This document shows positions 9,440 through 18,309 of a stretch of 35,583 nt of DNA, in pieces. The DNA is taken from contig URWU01000001.1 in assembly GCA_900551585.1 (NCBI GenBank), positions 1 to 35,583 on the forward strand, in the 5' to 3' direction. The notes under the pieces were generated by a model. It did no database searches and was not told the DNA's origin. It was given only the letters and a program-made list of their open reading frames with translations. The translations under genes and the position numbers were made by a program. This stretch comes from an uncultured Alphaproteobacteria bacterium. GTDB taxonomy: Bacteria > Pseudomonadota > Alphaproteobacteria > RF32 > CAG-239. Each line of letters begins with the position of its first letter. The stretch's first letter is position 1.

Positions 9440-9467
9440 AGAACGGTTAATACCGGTTCTTTTCTTT
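9440..9467 (+). terminator. rho-independent terminator after the DUF2934-like gene
   Basis: AGAACGGT / ACCGGTTCT stem (one bulge), loop TAAT, then TTTCTTT. Confidence 0.55.
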
Positions 9468-9487
9468 GTGAATCAGGATAAAATAAT

Positions 9488-9521
9488 AAAAAATGCCTCA
9501 GATTTTCTGAAGCATTTTTTT
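9488..9521 (-). terminator. hairpin terminator downstream of livF (flanked by A-run and T-run, could act in both directions)
   Basis: AATGCCTCAG / CTGAAGCATT stem (one mismatch) flanked by A6 and T7 runs, in the convergent intergenic region. Confidence 0.55.
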
Positions 9522-9611
9522 ATTCGCGCCTAACCTTCCTTTAAAATTAACAAAAAAAACGGAATTATTCCTTGATTCTCAGGCATTTTCAACAAGATAT
9601 TTTTATTCCTT

Positions 9612-10316
9612 TTACTTTTTGGCAAAAATCTTATTGAGCATTTTTTCCAGCGTTTTTGACTCGGCCTTGCCGTCATAGACAATTTCGCCCTGATCCAGAA
9701 TATATGCCTTATCCGTCAACGGCAGCAAGGTTTTCAGATTATGTTCGACAATGACAAAACCGGTTCCCAGAGTTTGGTTCAGCTCTTTGATTTTATAAAA
9801 AGTATCATTAATCAGCTTTGGCGATAACCCGATTGACGGTTCGTCAAGCAGCACCAGTTTCGGGCGGTTGATAAAGCCTCTTGCCAAAGCCACCATTTGC
9901 TGCTGGCCGCCTGACAAGTTGCCGGCCAGATGATCGAGGCGATTTTTCAAGTCAGGAAAAATCTTTAAAACTTCGGCCAGCCTTACCGGAAATTCTTTAC
10001 GTTTTTTCCAGAAATGTGTTGCCAGTTCAATATTCTCCAGCACGGTCATATTACGGAATACACGTTTGCCCTGAGGAATCATAAAAATGCCCTCCTCAAC
10101 CAGTTTCTGCGGGCTGGGTTTAAGGCTTCGGCCGTCAAGCTCCGCATGGCCTTTCACCAGAGGCAGCAAACCGTACATTGCTTTCAGCAGTGTTGATTTT
10201 CCGGCGCCGTTCGGCCCCATAATAACCGTAATTAATGACGGGTCGATGGTGACCGAAACATCATTTAAAACCATGCGCTTGTCATATCCGGCCGATATAT
10301 TTTTCAATTCCAACAT
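9612..10316 (-). CDS. livF: branched-chain amino acid ABC transporter ATP-binding protein (LivF type)
   Basis: Walker A GPNGAGKST, signature LSGGQQQ, Walker B LVLLDEP, and the typical 234-aa LivF length. Last gene of the operon. Confidence 0.9.
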   Translation of the reverse strand: MLELKNISAGYDKRMVLNDVSVTIDPSLITVIMGPNGAGKSTLLKAMYGLLPLVKGHAELDGRSLKPSPQKLVEEGIFMIPQGKRVFRNMTVLENIELATHFWKKRKEFPVRLAEVLKIFPDLKNRLDHLAGNLSGGQQQMVALARGFINRPKLVLLDEPSIGLSPKLINDTFYKIKELNQTLGTGFVIVEHNLKTLLPLTDKAYILDQGEIVYDGKAESKTLEKMLNKIFAKK

Positions 10317-10319
10317 TGG

Positions 10320-11057
10320 CTACTTTCCTAAATAGGCTTCCTGAACTTTTTTATTTTCCAAAACTTCCTGCGGGGTTCCCTGAGCCAGCAATTTGCCATA
10401 ATCCAACACGATGGTATAATCGCACAATTTTTCAATCAGCCCCATATTATGTTCGATAATCACCAAAGTCTTACCCTGTTTTTTTAAGTCTTCCATAATC
10501 GCGCAGACTTGTTCAACAATCTCAGGAAACAAACCGGTAAAAGGTTCGTCAAAAAAGAAAATATCTGCGTCCTGCATCAATACGCGGCCGATTTCCAGCA
10601 ATTTACGCAAACCATAAGATAAATCTTCGGCATTTTTTTGGCGATGTTCCTCTAAACGGACAATTTTCAAAACCTCGTCCAGGCGTTTTTTATATTTCTT
10701 ATTGCCCAAGTCAAACAAAGCGCGCCACTCGTTTGTTTCAGCGACCGGCAGCAATAAATTATCTTCAACGGAAAGCTGCTCAATTAAACGTCCGTCTTGA
10801 AAAGTGCGGGCAATTTTGAGGCCGCGCAGTCTGGTCGGTTTGATTTTGTAAAAATGCTGCTCACCGATATAAATATCACCGTCATCAGGCCGAAGCAATC
10901 CGGTCAGCAAATTCATCAACGTCGTTTTGCCCGAGCCGTTCGGACCAATCAGCCCCGTGGCCAGCCCTGCCGGAATATTGATGCTCAGATTATCTACGGC
11001 ACTCACACCCATAAACCGCTTGGATAATTTTTTGGTTTTAATCGCATATTTCATCAC
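10320..11057 (-). CDS. livG: branched-chain amino acid ABC transporter ATP-binding protein (LivG type)
   Basis: Walker A GPNGSGKTT, signature-like LSYGLRK, Walker B IFFFDEP. The ATGA start/stop overlap with the upstream permease gene indicates translational coupling. Confidence 0.9.
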   Translation of the reverse strand: MMKYAIKTKKLSKRFMGVSAVDNLSINIPAGLATGLIGPNGSGKTTLMNLLTGLLRPDDGDIYIGEQHFYKIKPTRLRGLKIARTFQDGRLIEQLSVEDNLLLPVAETNEWRALFDLGNKKYKKRLDEVLKIVRLEEHRQKNAEDLSYGLRKLLEIGRVLMQDADIFFFDEPFTGLFPEIVEQVCAIMEDLKKQGKTLVIIEHNMGLIEKLCDYTIVLDYGKLLAQGTPQEVLENKKVQEAYLGK

Positions 11058-11920
11058 ATCTTATACTTTCCTAAGAGACCCTGCGGGCGGAGAACCATCA
11101 TTGCCACCAAAGTTGCACCGTAAATAATCTGCTGCAGCTGCGCGGCTGTTTCATAAGGCAGCCCGATGAAGCGCAGAATTTCCGGCAGCGAAATCAGAAT
11201 CAGCGCTCCGACAATGCTGCCGATATCTGATGACAAGCCGCCGACAATGATAATCGTAAACAGGAAAATTCCTTCCTTTAACTGAAACGTGCTCGGGTCA
11301 ATAAAGGAAATGTAACAGGCAAACATCGCTCCGGCAATTCCTGAAATCATTGCCGACCCGGTAAAGATTATGCTTTTATAATGTTTGGTATTATACCCCA
11401 TAACGCGGGTCAGCTGTTCATCTTCACGCACAGCTTTGAGACAGCGGCCGAAGGCTGATTTGTCAATCATATGATACAGCGCATAAGCAGCTGCCAAAAT
11501 GACAGTGCATAATCCGAGATAAGCTAAGTTTGATGACAAGCGGACGCCAAAAACTTCCGGCTTTTCAATGCCGAAAATACCTAACGGCCCGTTGGTAACC
11601 GATTTCCAATTCAGCAGAACCGAAAAAACAATAATCGACAAGCCGGCGGAGACAATCGTATAATAATCTCCCTGAAACCGCGACAGAATGCGGCCGACAA
11701 CAAAAGCAATTACGCCGTTAATCAAAAGCCCGAGAAAGACAGACGAGAAAAATCCCATTCCCAATGAACTCATGCCGATTGCGGTTGCATAAGCACCGAT
11801 GCCGTAAAAAGCAGCCTGAGCCAGAGACAGCAGCCCGGACATGCCGACGACCATATTCAAGGACAGAGCCAACACACCGTAAATGGCAAAGAGGATGAGC
11901 AGGTTGATGATATATTCCAT
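11054..11920 (-). CDS. livM: branched-chain amino acid ABC transporter permease (LivM type)
   Basis: 288-aa polytopic membrane protein with the LivH/LivM-family pattern (multiple G/A/I/L-rich TM helices, ...REDEQLTRVMGYNT...). Confidence 0.88.
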   Translation of the reverse strand: MEYIINLLILFAIYGVLALSLNMVVGMSGLLSLAQAAFYGIGAYATAIGMSSLGMGFFSSVFLGLLINGVIAFVVGRILSRFQGDYYTIVSAGLSIIVFSVLLNWKSVTNGPLGIFGIEKPEVFGVRLSSNLAYLGLCTVILAAAYALYHMIDKSAFGRCLKAVREDEQLTRVMGYNTKHYKSIIFTGSAMISGIAGAMFACYISFIDPSTFQLKEGIFLFTIIIVGGLSSDIGSIVGALILISLPEILRFIGLPYETAAQLQQIIYGATLVAMMVLRPQGLLGKYKM

Positions 11921-11923
11921 AAT

Positions 11924-13027
11924 TCAGTCCTTTAATTTAACAAAATTACCGTTTTCATATATTTGCACAGAAGGTTTATTTCTAACCAGCCCCTGTTTAT
12001 CAACGTCGAATTTTCCAACAGCTCCTTTCCATTGGCGGATAGATTTAATTTTTTGAATAACATCTTTATTATATGGGAATGTCTCTCCGGGATGAACGGG
12101 AGTATTTTCATAAGCCCAAATAAACATATCTAAATTATCGTAAGAATTTGCAGTACAAGAATTCGGTTCTGTTCCTGTTATTTTTTTGAATTCACTTTTA
12201 AATTCTTCGCTGCCATCTTCACCTCGAACAAACCATTGTCCTTCAATAAGAGGTAAAATATCTGAACTCAGTTCGGCAAAATTCCAAACTGTTGTTAATT
12301 TTCCGGAGGGTTTCATTTCCATAAATTGTTTAACAAAAATATCCATTCCCGGTGCACCCATTTGCATAATGTAATAATCTGGATTTTTCTGCTCTGCTTT
12401 TGTAATTATCATTCGGTAATCTTTCATATCCGCATTAGTTTTTATATAATCAGTCACTTCCAAACCATGAGTCGAAAAATATTCCTGCAAATAATCTCCC
12501 AAATTAACATTGGCATTCCCATTTAAAATAATCAGTGCAATCTTTTGTGCATGATGTTTTTTTAATTCCTTAGTTAAAAGTTCAGCATAATCTTCATTAG
12601 CTGTTTCATTACAAATTGCCAATGGGGGTAATTTGCCTTTTCCCAAGGTACAAGACATACTTATTACATTATTTTTATCAGCTATTTCATCAACAACGCG
12701 ATCAACCGTTCCCCAGATTGAAAGAATCGCTTTAACCCCATCAATATTAATGAAGCGATTGGCATTTAATGCGGCTTGTTGAAATTTTACCATATCATCG
12801 GAAAAAATTAGCTTGTAATTGTATTTAGTATCCTGTTTCTGCCATTTTTGCAATACCATCATCATGGCTTCTTTACTCATATTTCCAAATATCGCAGCAT
12901 CTCCGCTTAAGGGCAGCGTTGCGCCAATTTTGACAATCGGTTTGGTGCTAACGGCGTTATCTTCCTTTTTGTCACAGGCTGAAAGCATCATTGCTGCTGC
13001 ACAAATTATAGATAAATACTTTTTCAT
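11924..13027 (-). CDS. ABC transporter substrate-binding lipoprotein (type I periplasmic binding fold, Leu/Ile/Val-binding family)
   Basis: Signal peptide with lipobox MLSAC, then VKIGATLPLSGDAAIFG, which is typical of LivJ/K-like binding proteins. Noticeably AT-richer than the neighbouring permease genes. Confidence 0.85.
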   Translation of the reverse strand: MKKYLSIICAAAMMLSACDKKEDNAVSTKPIVKIGATLPLSGDAAIFGNMSKEAMMMVLQKWQKQDTKYNYKLIFSDDMVKFQQAALNANRFINIDGVKAILSIWGTVDRVVDEIADKNNVISMSCTLGKGKLPPLAICNETANEDYAELLTKELKKHHAQKIALIILNGNANVNLGDYLQEYFSTHGLEVTDYIKTNADMKDYRMIITKAEQKNPDYYIMQMGAPGMDIFVKQFMEMKPSGKLTTVWNFAELSSDILPLIEGQWFVRGEDGSEEFKSEFKKITGTEPNSCTANSYDNLDMFIWAYENTPVHPGETFPYNKDVIQKIKSIRQWKGAVGKFDVDKQGLVRNKPSVQIYENGNFVKLKD

Positions 13028-13038
13028 ATAAAAACTCC

Positions 13039-13908
13039 TTAGTTCTTCACTTTTTTCTGGAAAATGCCGTGAGGTTTGAAATACAGGAAAGTGATAAAAA
13101 TGACAAAGGCCACCAAATCACGCCATTCTGACGCAAACAGCCATACACCCAGATTCTCGGAAAAAGCCAAGAATATCGCTCCGAAAAAAGCACCCCAGAT
13201 TCCGGCCATGCCGCCGATAATCGCACCGATAATTCCCTTAAACAACAAGTTAAAGCCCATTGTCGGCTCCATGCCGGTATCATATCCGACTAAAATGCCG
13301 GTCAGCCCCAAAATGACGCCGGCCATGATTGAAACAATCATAATGATACGGTCGGTTTTCATGCCGAGAATATAAGACAAGTTAGCACTATCGTTCACAG
13401 CCCGGATTTGTTTGCCGATAAAAGTATGATGTAGGAAATAATCCAAAAAAGCAAAAATCGTAAAGCTGCACATTATCGACAATGCCTGAATAAGCGGAAT
13501 ATCAATATCCAAAACTTTAATGGCCGAACTCTCGGAAATGCTGCCCAGAGTTTGATACTGCGGTCCGAACATCAAATGGACAACGGCCTCAAAAATAGTA
13601 TATATGCCCAGAGAGGCGACAAGAAGAATCATTGACGATGCACCGCGATTGGCCATCGGACGATAAGCAAAAGCCTCAAGCGCCCAGGCAAAAAGGCCGG
13701 AAAAAACCAAGACCGACGGCACGGAAAACCACAAAGGCGCCCCCAGCTGCCGGCTTAAGTAAAACATTAAATAACTGGCAGCCGTGGCAATCGCTCCCAA
13801 AGTGAAGTTGAAAAAGGGAGAAACGGAGAACATCAGTCGAAAGGCCATGGCAACAAGAGCGTAGGAAGAACCGACAATCAGAGTATTGATAATAAAATGT
13901 GCAAGCAT
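13039..13908 (-). CDS. livH: branched-chain amino acid ABC transporter permease (LivH type)
   Basis: 289-aa polytopic membrane protein, first gene of the operon. Contains LivH-like strings (IRAVNDSANLSYILGMKTDR...). Confidence 0.88.
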   Translation of the reverse strand: MLAHFIINTLIVGSSYALVAMAFRLMFSVSPFFNFTLGAIATAASYLMFYLSRQLGAPLWFSVPSVLVFSGLFAWALEAFAYRPMANRGASSMILLVASLGIYTIFEAVVHLMFGPQYQTLGSISESSAIKVLDIDIPLIQALSIMCSFTIFAFLDYFLHHTFIGKQIRAVNDSANLSYILGMKTDRIIMIVSIMAGVILGLTGILVGYDTGMEPTMGFNLLFKGIIGAIIGGMAGIWGAFFGAIFLAFSENLGVWLFASEWRDLVAFVIFITFLYFKPHGIFQKKVKN

Positions 13909-14063
13909 GGAAATTTTCCGGCTGATAAATATTATTGTTTATTAAGCCGATGGTAGCCGATAAACGTAAACATATCTATAATAAAAACAGTTTTTTAACC
14001 TTATTCCTCATGACCTCGGCCCTGACAAAAATCACAAATTGTGATAAATTGTCATTTTTATAC

Positions 14064-14092
14064 TGGACAATCTGAAAAATATGCTTTATAAG
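14064..14092 (+). promoter_or_regulatory. candidate sigma70-like promoter TGGACA-N17-TATAAG for tRNA-Phe
   Basis: TGGACA at 14064-14069 and TATAAG at 14087-14092, about 28 nt upstream of the mature tRNA 5' end. Confidence 0.4.
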
Positions 14093-14119
14093 CTTTTTTG
14101 TTCTATCGCGAATATTAAT

Positions 14120-14195
<76 letters not shown>

Positions 14196-14207
14196 TTTGA
14201 TAAAAAC

Positions 14208-14233
14208 GGCCTCCTTCACGGAGGCTTTTTTTT
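14208..14233 (+). terminator. rho-independent terminator after tRNA-Phe
   Basis: GCCTCC / GGAGGC stem, loop TTCAC, followed by a T8 run. Confidence 0.75.
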
Positions 14234-14347
14234 ATATGCTTAAGGCTTTTTATTCCCAACAAAATATTTGACAATATCCGCCGTGAAAGCTTATAGTCTA
14301 AGCTCAAAAGTTAGAGATATGTATTTATTAATTAAAAAATTTTTCGT

Positions 14348-14593
14348 ATGAGAATTACGCAAATTCAGAAAAAAAGTGACGCTGTTACCGCAATTTGCAG
14401 AACAGGTCTGTGCAGCAGAGAAGTTTATAATATTCCGCTCAGCGACCTTAACGGGTTTGAACTTAAAGAAGGCCAGTTGATTGAAGCTGATGTTGATGAC
14501 AAACAGATTGTTAAGTCTTTGATGATTAATCAGGCTGTTATATTCAGTCTTTCTCAAGAAGAATATCGACAACGCCGTGCTGCAAAGTTTTAA
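14348..14593 (+). CDS. small hypothetical protein (81 aa), possibly DUF3006-like
   Basis: ORF followed by a hairpin and T-run on the same strand. The segment NIPLSDLNGFELKEGQLIEADVDDKQIV loosely resembles DUF3006-type small proteins. There is no convincing SD. An overlapping antisense ORF (14291..14572) is less plausible. Confidence 0.4.
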   Translation: MRITQIQKKSDAVTAICRTGLCSREVYNIPLSDLNGFELKEGQLIEADVDDKQIVKSLMINQAVIFSLSQEEYRQRRAAKF

Positions 14594-14615
14594 TCTAAAA
14601 TCCTAAATGCAAAAA

Positions 14616-14650
14616 ACGCCTGTTGTCATAAAGACAAAGGTGTTTTTTTA
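14616..14650 (+). terminator. probable rho-independent terminator
   Basis: Imperfect stem ACGCCTGTTGTC / GACAAAGGTGT followed by a T7 run. Confidence 0.5.
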
Positions 14651-14762
14651 TTCATTTTCACAAATCAATTGCTAATTTTTTTACAAACAGGCTGGCATTT
14701 TCTTTTACAATCGCTAAAATGACAAAAGCTTGAAAAAAAGAATCAGAAAAGGAAGAAATTTT

Positions 14763-15926
14763 ATGCGCGACTTTATTTTTCAGAACCCGACCAAAATCAT
14801 TTTCGGCGACCATGCCAGCGACAAACTCGGTGATGTGGCCAGCAACTACGGCAAAAAAGCTTTGCTGGTTTATGGGCAGAACAGTATTAAAAAAAGTGGT
14901 TTATATGAAAATATTGCCAATCAACTGCGCGCTAAAAATATTGAATTTGTTGAGCATGGCGGCGTCAAGGCCAACCCTACCCTGCAACACGGACGCGAAG
15001 GTGTTAAAAAGGCGCAGGACGGCAAAGTTGATTTTGTCATTGCCGTCGGCGGCGGCAGCGTTATTGATGAAGCCAAAGCAATTGCTGCCAGTATTGCTTC
15101 CAAACAGGATATTTGGGACTTTTTTACCGGCAAAGCAATGATAACCCGCGTTTTGCCGCTGGTTACGGTTTTGACGCTTCCGGCAACGGCAACCGAGATG
15201 AACGGCAATATGGTCATGACCAATCCGGAAACCGATGAAAAGCTCGGAATGGGCAACATGCGCCTGCACCCGGCCGTTTCAATTCTTGACCCGCTGCTGA
15301 CTTATTCCATTCCGCTGCAATATACCGCTTATGCTGCGGTTGACATGGTTTCACACCTGACGGAAAGTTATTTTAACAATGACGGCGGTTGGACGGTTTT
15401 GCAAAAATATTATGTTGAGGGAATGGTCAAAACCGTGATGGAAGCTTTGGCCCGCGTTTTGAAAAAAGCAGATGATGCCGAAGGACGCGCAACTCTGATG
15501 TGGGCGGCAACCATGGCTTGGAACGGCCTTAATCTGGCCGGTGTCGGCGCGGCAACGACACCTTGCCACAAGTTGGAGCACCCGGTCAGCGCAATTTATG
15601 ATATTGCCCACGGCGCCGGATTGTCCCTTATTACGCCGGCATGGCTGACTTTGCAGCTTGACCATAAAACTGCCGAGATTGCCAGATTTGCCCGCGAAGT
15701 TTTCAAAGTCGACAATCCTGATGATTTGGCTGCCGCCAAAGCCGGAATTGACGCTCTTAAAAACTGGTATATTGAAATCGGCGCGCCGGTTAATTTCCGT
15801 GAAGCGGGAATCGACAATCCTGATATTGCCAAGATGACCGACTTAGTTTTGGCCTCGGTTGCCGGCAATAAAATTCCGCATTTAACCAGAGAATTTATCA
15901 CACAGGTTTATACAATGGCACTTTGA
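14763..15926 (+). CDS. iron-containing (group III) alcohol dehydrogenase, butanol dehydrogenase/YqhD-like
   Basis: AVGGGSVIDEAKAIA dinucleotide-binding motif, plus the metal-binding histidine region (HKLEHPVSAIYDIAHGAGL). ATG at 14763 has AAGGAAGA upstream. The track start 14730 is a TTG over-extension. Confidence 0.9.
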   Translation: MRDFIFQNPTKIIFGDHASDKLGDVASNYGKKALLVYGQNSIKKSGLYENIANQLRAKNIEFVEHGGVKANPTLQHGREGVKKAQDGKVDFVIAVGGGSVIDEAKAIAASIASKQDIWDFFTGKAMITRVLPLVTVLTLPATATEMNGNMVMTNPETDEKLGMGNMRLHPAVSILDPLLTYSIPLQYTAYAAVDMVSHLTESYFNNDGGWTVLQKYYVEGMVKTVMEALARVLKKADDAEGRATLMWAATMAWNGLNLAGVGAATTPCHKLEHPVSAIYDIAHGAGLSLITPAWLTLQLDHKTAEIARFAREVFKVDNPDDLAAAKAGIDALKNWYIEIGAPVNFREAGIDNPDIAKMTDLVLASVAGNKIPHLTREFITQVYTMAL

Positions 15927-15963
15927 GGAATAACTGTGCTTTTACACCGAAACAAGGTATATT

Positions 15964-16002
15964 AATTTGCTGAGATCCTTCGACTACGCTCAGGATGACA
16001 AA
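15964..16002. repeat. REP-like 39-nt element, copy A
   Basis: AATTTGCTGAGATCCTTCGACTACGCTCAGGATGACAAA, identical to copy B 73 nt away. Located between the convergent adh and 713-aa genes. Confidence 0.85.
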
Positions 16003-16036
16003 ATTCTAAGTTCTTACTGAACTAATAATTTATGTC

Positions 16037-16075
16037 AATTTGCTGAGATCCTTCGACTACGCTCAGGATGACAAA
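16037..16075. repeat. REP-like 39-nt element, copy B
   Basis: Exact 39/39 direct repeat of copy A. Confidence 0.85.
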
Positions 16076-16093
16076 CGTTTCGGCAAGTGTACT

Positions 16094-18235
16094 CTATCTC
16101 GTATGTTTGGCATTGAGAATCAGACGGGTAATTTTATTATTATCCGGATGGGTTTGCAGCTTATATTCCTGATAACGGCTATAGGCTTGTGACCAGGCAA
16201 TTTGCTCTTCGCTCATTTTTTCCAGAGCATCACAATAGGCCAGCTGGTCGGCATGGTCGAGGGCGCATTTATCATAAAACACGGCAAGATTTTTTTGCAG
16301 CGGCGTTATGCCTTTTTCGGAAATCTGCCGCTCAAGCCCTTCCAGCAGCTGCTTTTGATAGCCCTTGGCCGCCGAAACGATAAAGTCGGTTGTTGATTGC
16401 GGATAGTCCATCTGGCGGACAGCCTCCTTAACCAGGATATTAAAATCATTTTGATTGAACTCTCTTTGCTGATAGAGCGGCATAATCACTTCCGAAATAC
16501 ATAAATCTTCAATTGCCGTCTGCAATCTTTCCGGTGCTTTTTCATCAAGGCCCGGAAAAATCTCAAGACCTTCCTGCAGGTAATTTTTCAAATTTTCCCG
16601 CGGTTTATTTAGGGAAGCAATATTGCGGCGGCTGAAATTATGTTCAAAATCTGTGAGCATTTTTTCCTTATAATTTAAATCAACATCAAAAATACGCTCG
16701 GAAAACATAACAAATTTTTCTTTTTCGACACCGGGTTTTTCACGACTCAGTTTTTGCAGATAAGCATCGGCCGTGATATTTTGTTCGGCAGCCAGTTCTT
16801 CTTCCGTCAAATCCAGATAAGAGACATAAGCCTGACAATTTTTGGCATAGGCGGTAAAAATTGCGGCCATATTTTTCCAATCGGCCTCTTTTGCTCTTGC
16901 CGGATTTCTCAACAGGTGCTCAACATATTCTATATCATATCCCGAAGAATCCAGAACAATTCCATGGCCGCCTTCACTCTCGAGAAGTTTGAATTGTTCG
17001 CGACTCAACAGGCCGACCAGAATGACATCTTTGGCACAATCCAAAATTTCTTCAGGCGTCATGCTTTTTTGCAGATTGATTGCTGCCAGCTCTTGCAGAC
17101 AACGGGCAGATTTTCGTGATGTCTGCTGCCGCCAGCGTTTATAGCGGGCACCAAAATAATTTCTGACATCTTCAGACTGAATCCGGCGGCTGTCATAGCC
17201 TTCAAAAATCCGCGCTTCTTTTTTGTGGCGTTTATAATCTGCAGAAGTTTCCTGCTCAAGCCGGCGATAATCATAATCAGACAACAATTTGTTCATATCA
17301 TCCTGAGTAAATTCCAGCGCTGATAAAGGCGATGAACTAAATTCGTCTGCCGCCATTTCATTTTTTTGCCAGCTCCTGATATCGGCGATTGTCAGGGCTT
17401 CATAATCCTCAACGGCCTCGGCTGTTTCATGCAGGGCATTTTCAATATTTTTAATGCGGTTATAGCCGGGCTGAGCCGCGGATAAAATCTTTCTGACCTC
17501 AGGCAGGCTGCCACGCAAAGCATTTTGAAAATCGCTGTTTGACGTTACGGGAATTTGCATACGGCGGCAATTATCAAGCATAGTCAGGTATAAACCGCCG
17601 GAAGAGGCCTGCAAGGGCTTATCAAAAGCTTCCAGACAGCCCCAATAAATGCCGAGGTTAATATTCTCCGTTGATAACCCGGGTTCGTTATTATTTTTCA
17701 TCCTGGCGGCAATTGTCACATCAAGCTGTGCTTCTTGAACCTTTTTCCATAAATCTTCCTGCCAGTCGATATTCATATCAATCAGCGCCGTATTGGCGGC
17801 ATAAAGCGTCCGCTGCAGCCAATAAGCGCTCTTGGCGTCAAAATAGTCATCATTTCTGCCGTTGACATAATTCTGGGTTTTAATTAAATCTGTTGCAAAT
17901 TGCGGAGATGAAAGATTGAAACTTAACGGAATATCGCGAAAATGCGGATTGCGGTTCAGTTCTTCCGAAAGCTTGGGAATAAGAGATTCTGCCATGCCGA
18001 TTTTGTTATGGTGTTTCCGCAAAGACAAAACCGGCAGTTTTGCGCCGTAAAAGGCATTCAGCTCACCGGTCAGATTTATCAGTGCCGGAGCCGTCTCGCC
18101 AAGGCGCTCTATATAAACATCAAGGTCATCGGCACGAAGAATTTTGCGGTTTTTACCGGCCAGCATTTTCTCGGCATAAAACACAAAAGTTTTTATGACG
18201 GATTTGTATTCTTTTTCATTTTGAAAATTGAACAT
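16094..18235 (-). CDS. hypothetical protein, 713 aa, no recognisable domain
   Basis: Long uninterrupted ORF with no signal peptide or TM segment. A possible own promoter TTGACA-N17-TTATAT lies in the 74-nt gap after flgE. I recognise no family motif. Confidence 0.75.
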   Translation of the reverse strand: MFNFQNEKEYKSVIKTFVFYAEKMLAGKNRKILRADDLDVYIERLGETAPALINLTGELNAFYGAKLPVLSLRKHHNKIGMAESLIPKLSEELNRNPHFRDIPLSFNLSSPQFATDLIKTQNYVNGRNDDYFDAKSAYWLQRTLYAANTALIDMNIDWQEDLWKKVQEAQLDVTIAARMKNNNEPGLSTENINLGIYWGCLEAFDKPLQASSGGLYLTMLDNCRRMQIPVTSNSDFQNALRGSLPEVRKILSAAQPGYNRIKNIENALHETAEAVEDYEALTIADIRSWQKNEMAADEFSSSPLSALEFTQDDMNKLLSDYDYRRLEQETSADYKRHKKEARIFEGYDSRRIQSEDVRNYFGARYKRWRQQTSRKSARCLQELAAINLQKSMTPEEILDCAKDVILVGLLSREQFKLLESEGGHGIVLDSSGYDIEYVEHLLRNPARAKEADWKNMAAIFTAYAKNCQAYVSYLDLTEEELAAEQNITADAYLQKLSREKPGVEKEKFVMFSERIFDVDLNYKEKMLTDFEHNFSRRNIASLNKPRENLKNYLQEGLEIFPGLDEKAPERLQTAIEDLCISEVIMPLYQQREFNQNDFNILVKEAVRQMDYPQSTTDFIVSAAKGYQKQLLEGLERQISEKGITPLQKNLAVFYDKCALDHADQLAYCDALEKMSEEQIAWSQAYSRYQEYKLQTHPDNNKITRLILNAKHTR

Positions 18236-18309
18236 AAAATAAGCGCCTTAAGTTATATTATAGACACAATATAAACAAAAAGCGCTTGTTTTGTCAACTT
18301 TTAATTAAT

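Noticed and set aside
13926-13963. sigma28-like strings on the plus strand (TAAA-N16-GCCGATGG, followed by GCCGATAA)
   Set aside because: The exact GCCGATAA lacks a TAAA at the proper distance, and the spaced pair has a poor -10 element. Nothing motility-related lies downstream, only tRNA-Phe about 160 nt away, which has a better sigma70-like promoter. Probably a chance duplication of AGCCGAT.
15964-16075. Possible mini-CRISPR array (two identical 39-nt repeats separated by a 34-nt spacer)
   Set aside because: There are only two units and no cas genes in the window. Related copies of the same sequence occur singly at 32.1-32.3 kb, and the unit resembles REP-type hairpin elements. It is better explained as a dispersed repeat family.
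16928-16972. Pol-beta-type nucleotidyltransferase-like pattern G-G-x10-D-I-E (EGGHGIVLDSSGYDIEYV) in the 713-aa protein
   Set aside because: This is a short degenerate pattern without the expected hydrophobic strand before the G[GS], and without a third acidic residue that I can place. It is too weak to annotate and is noted only as something a profile search would settle.
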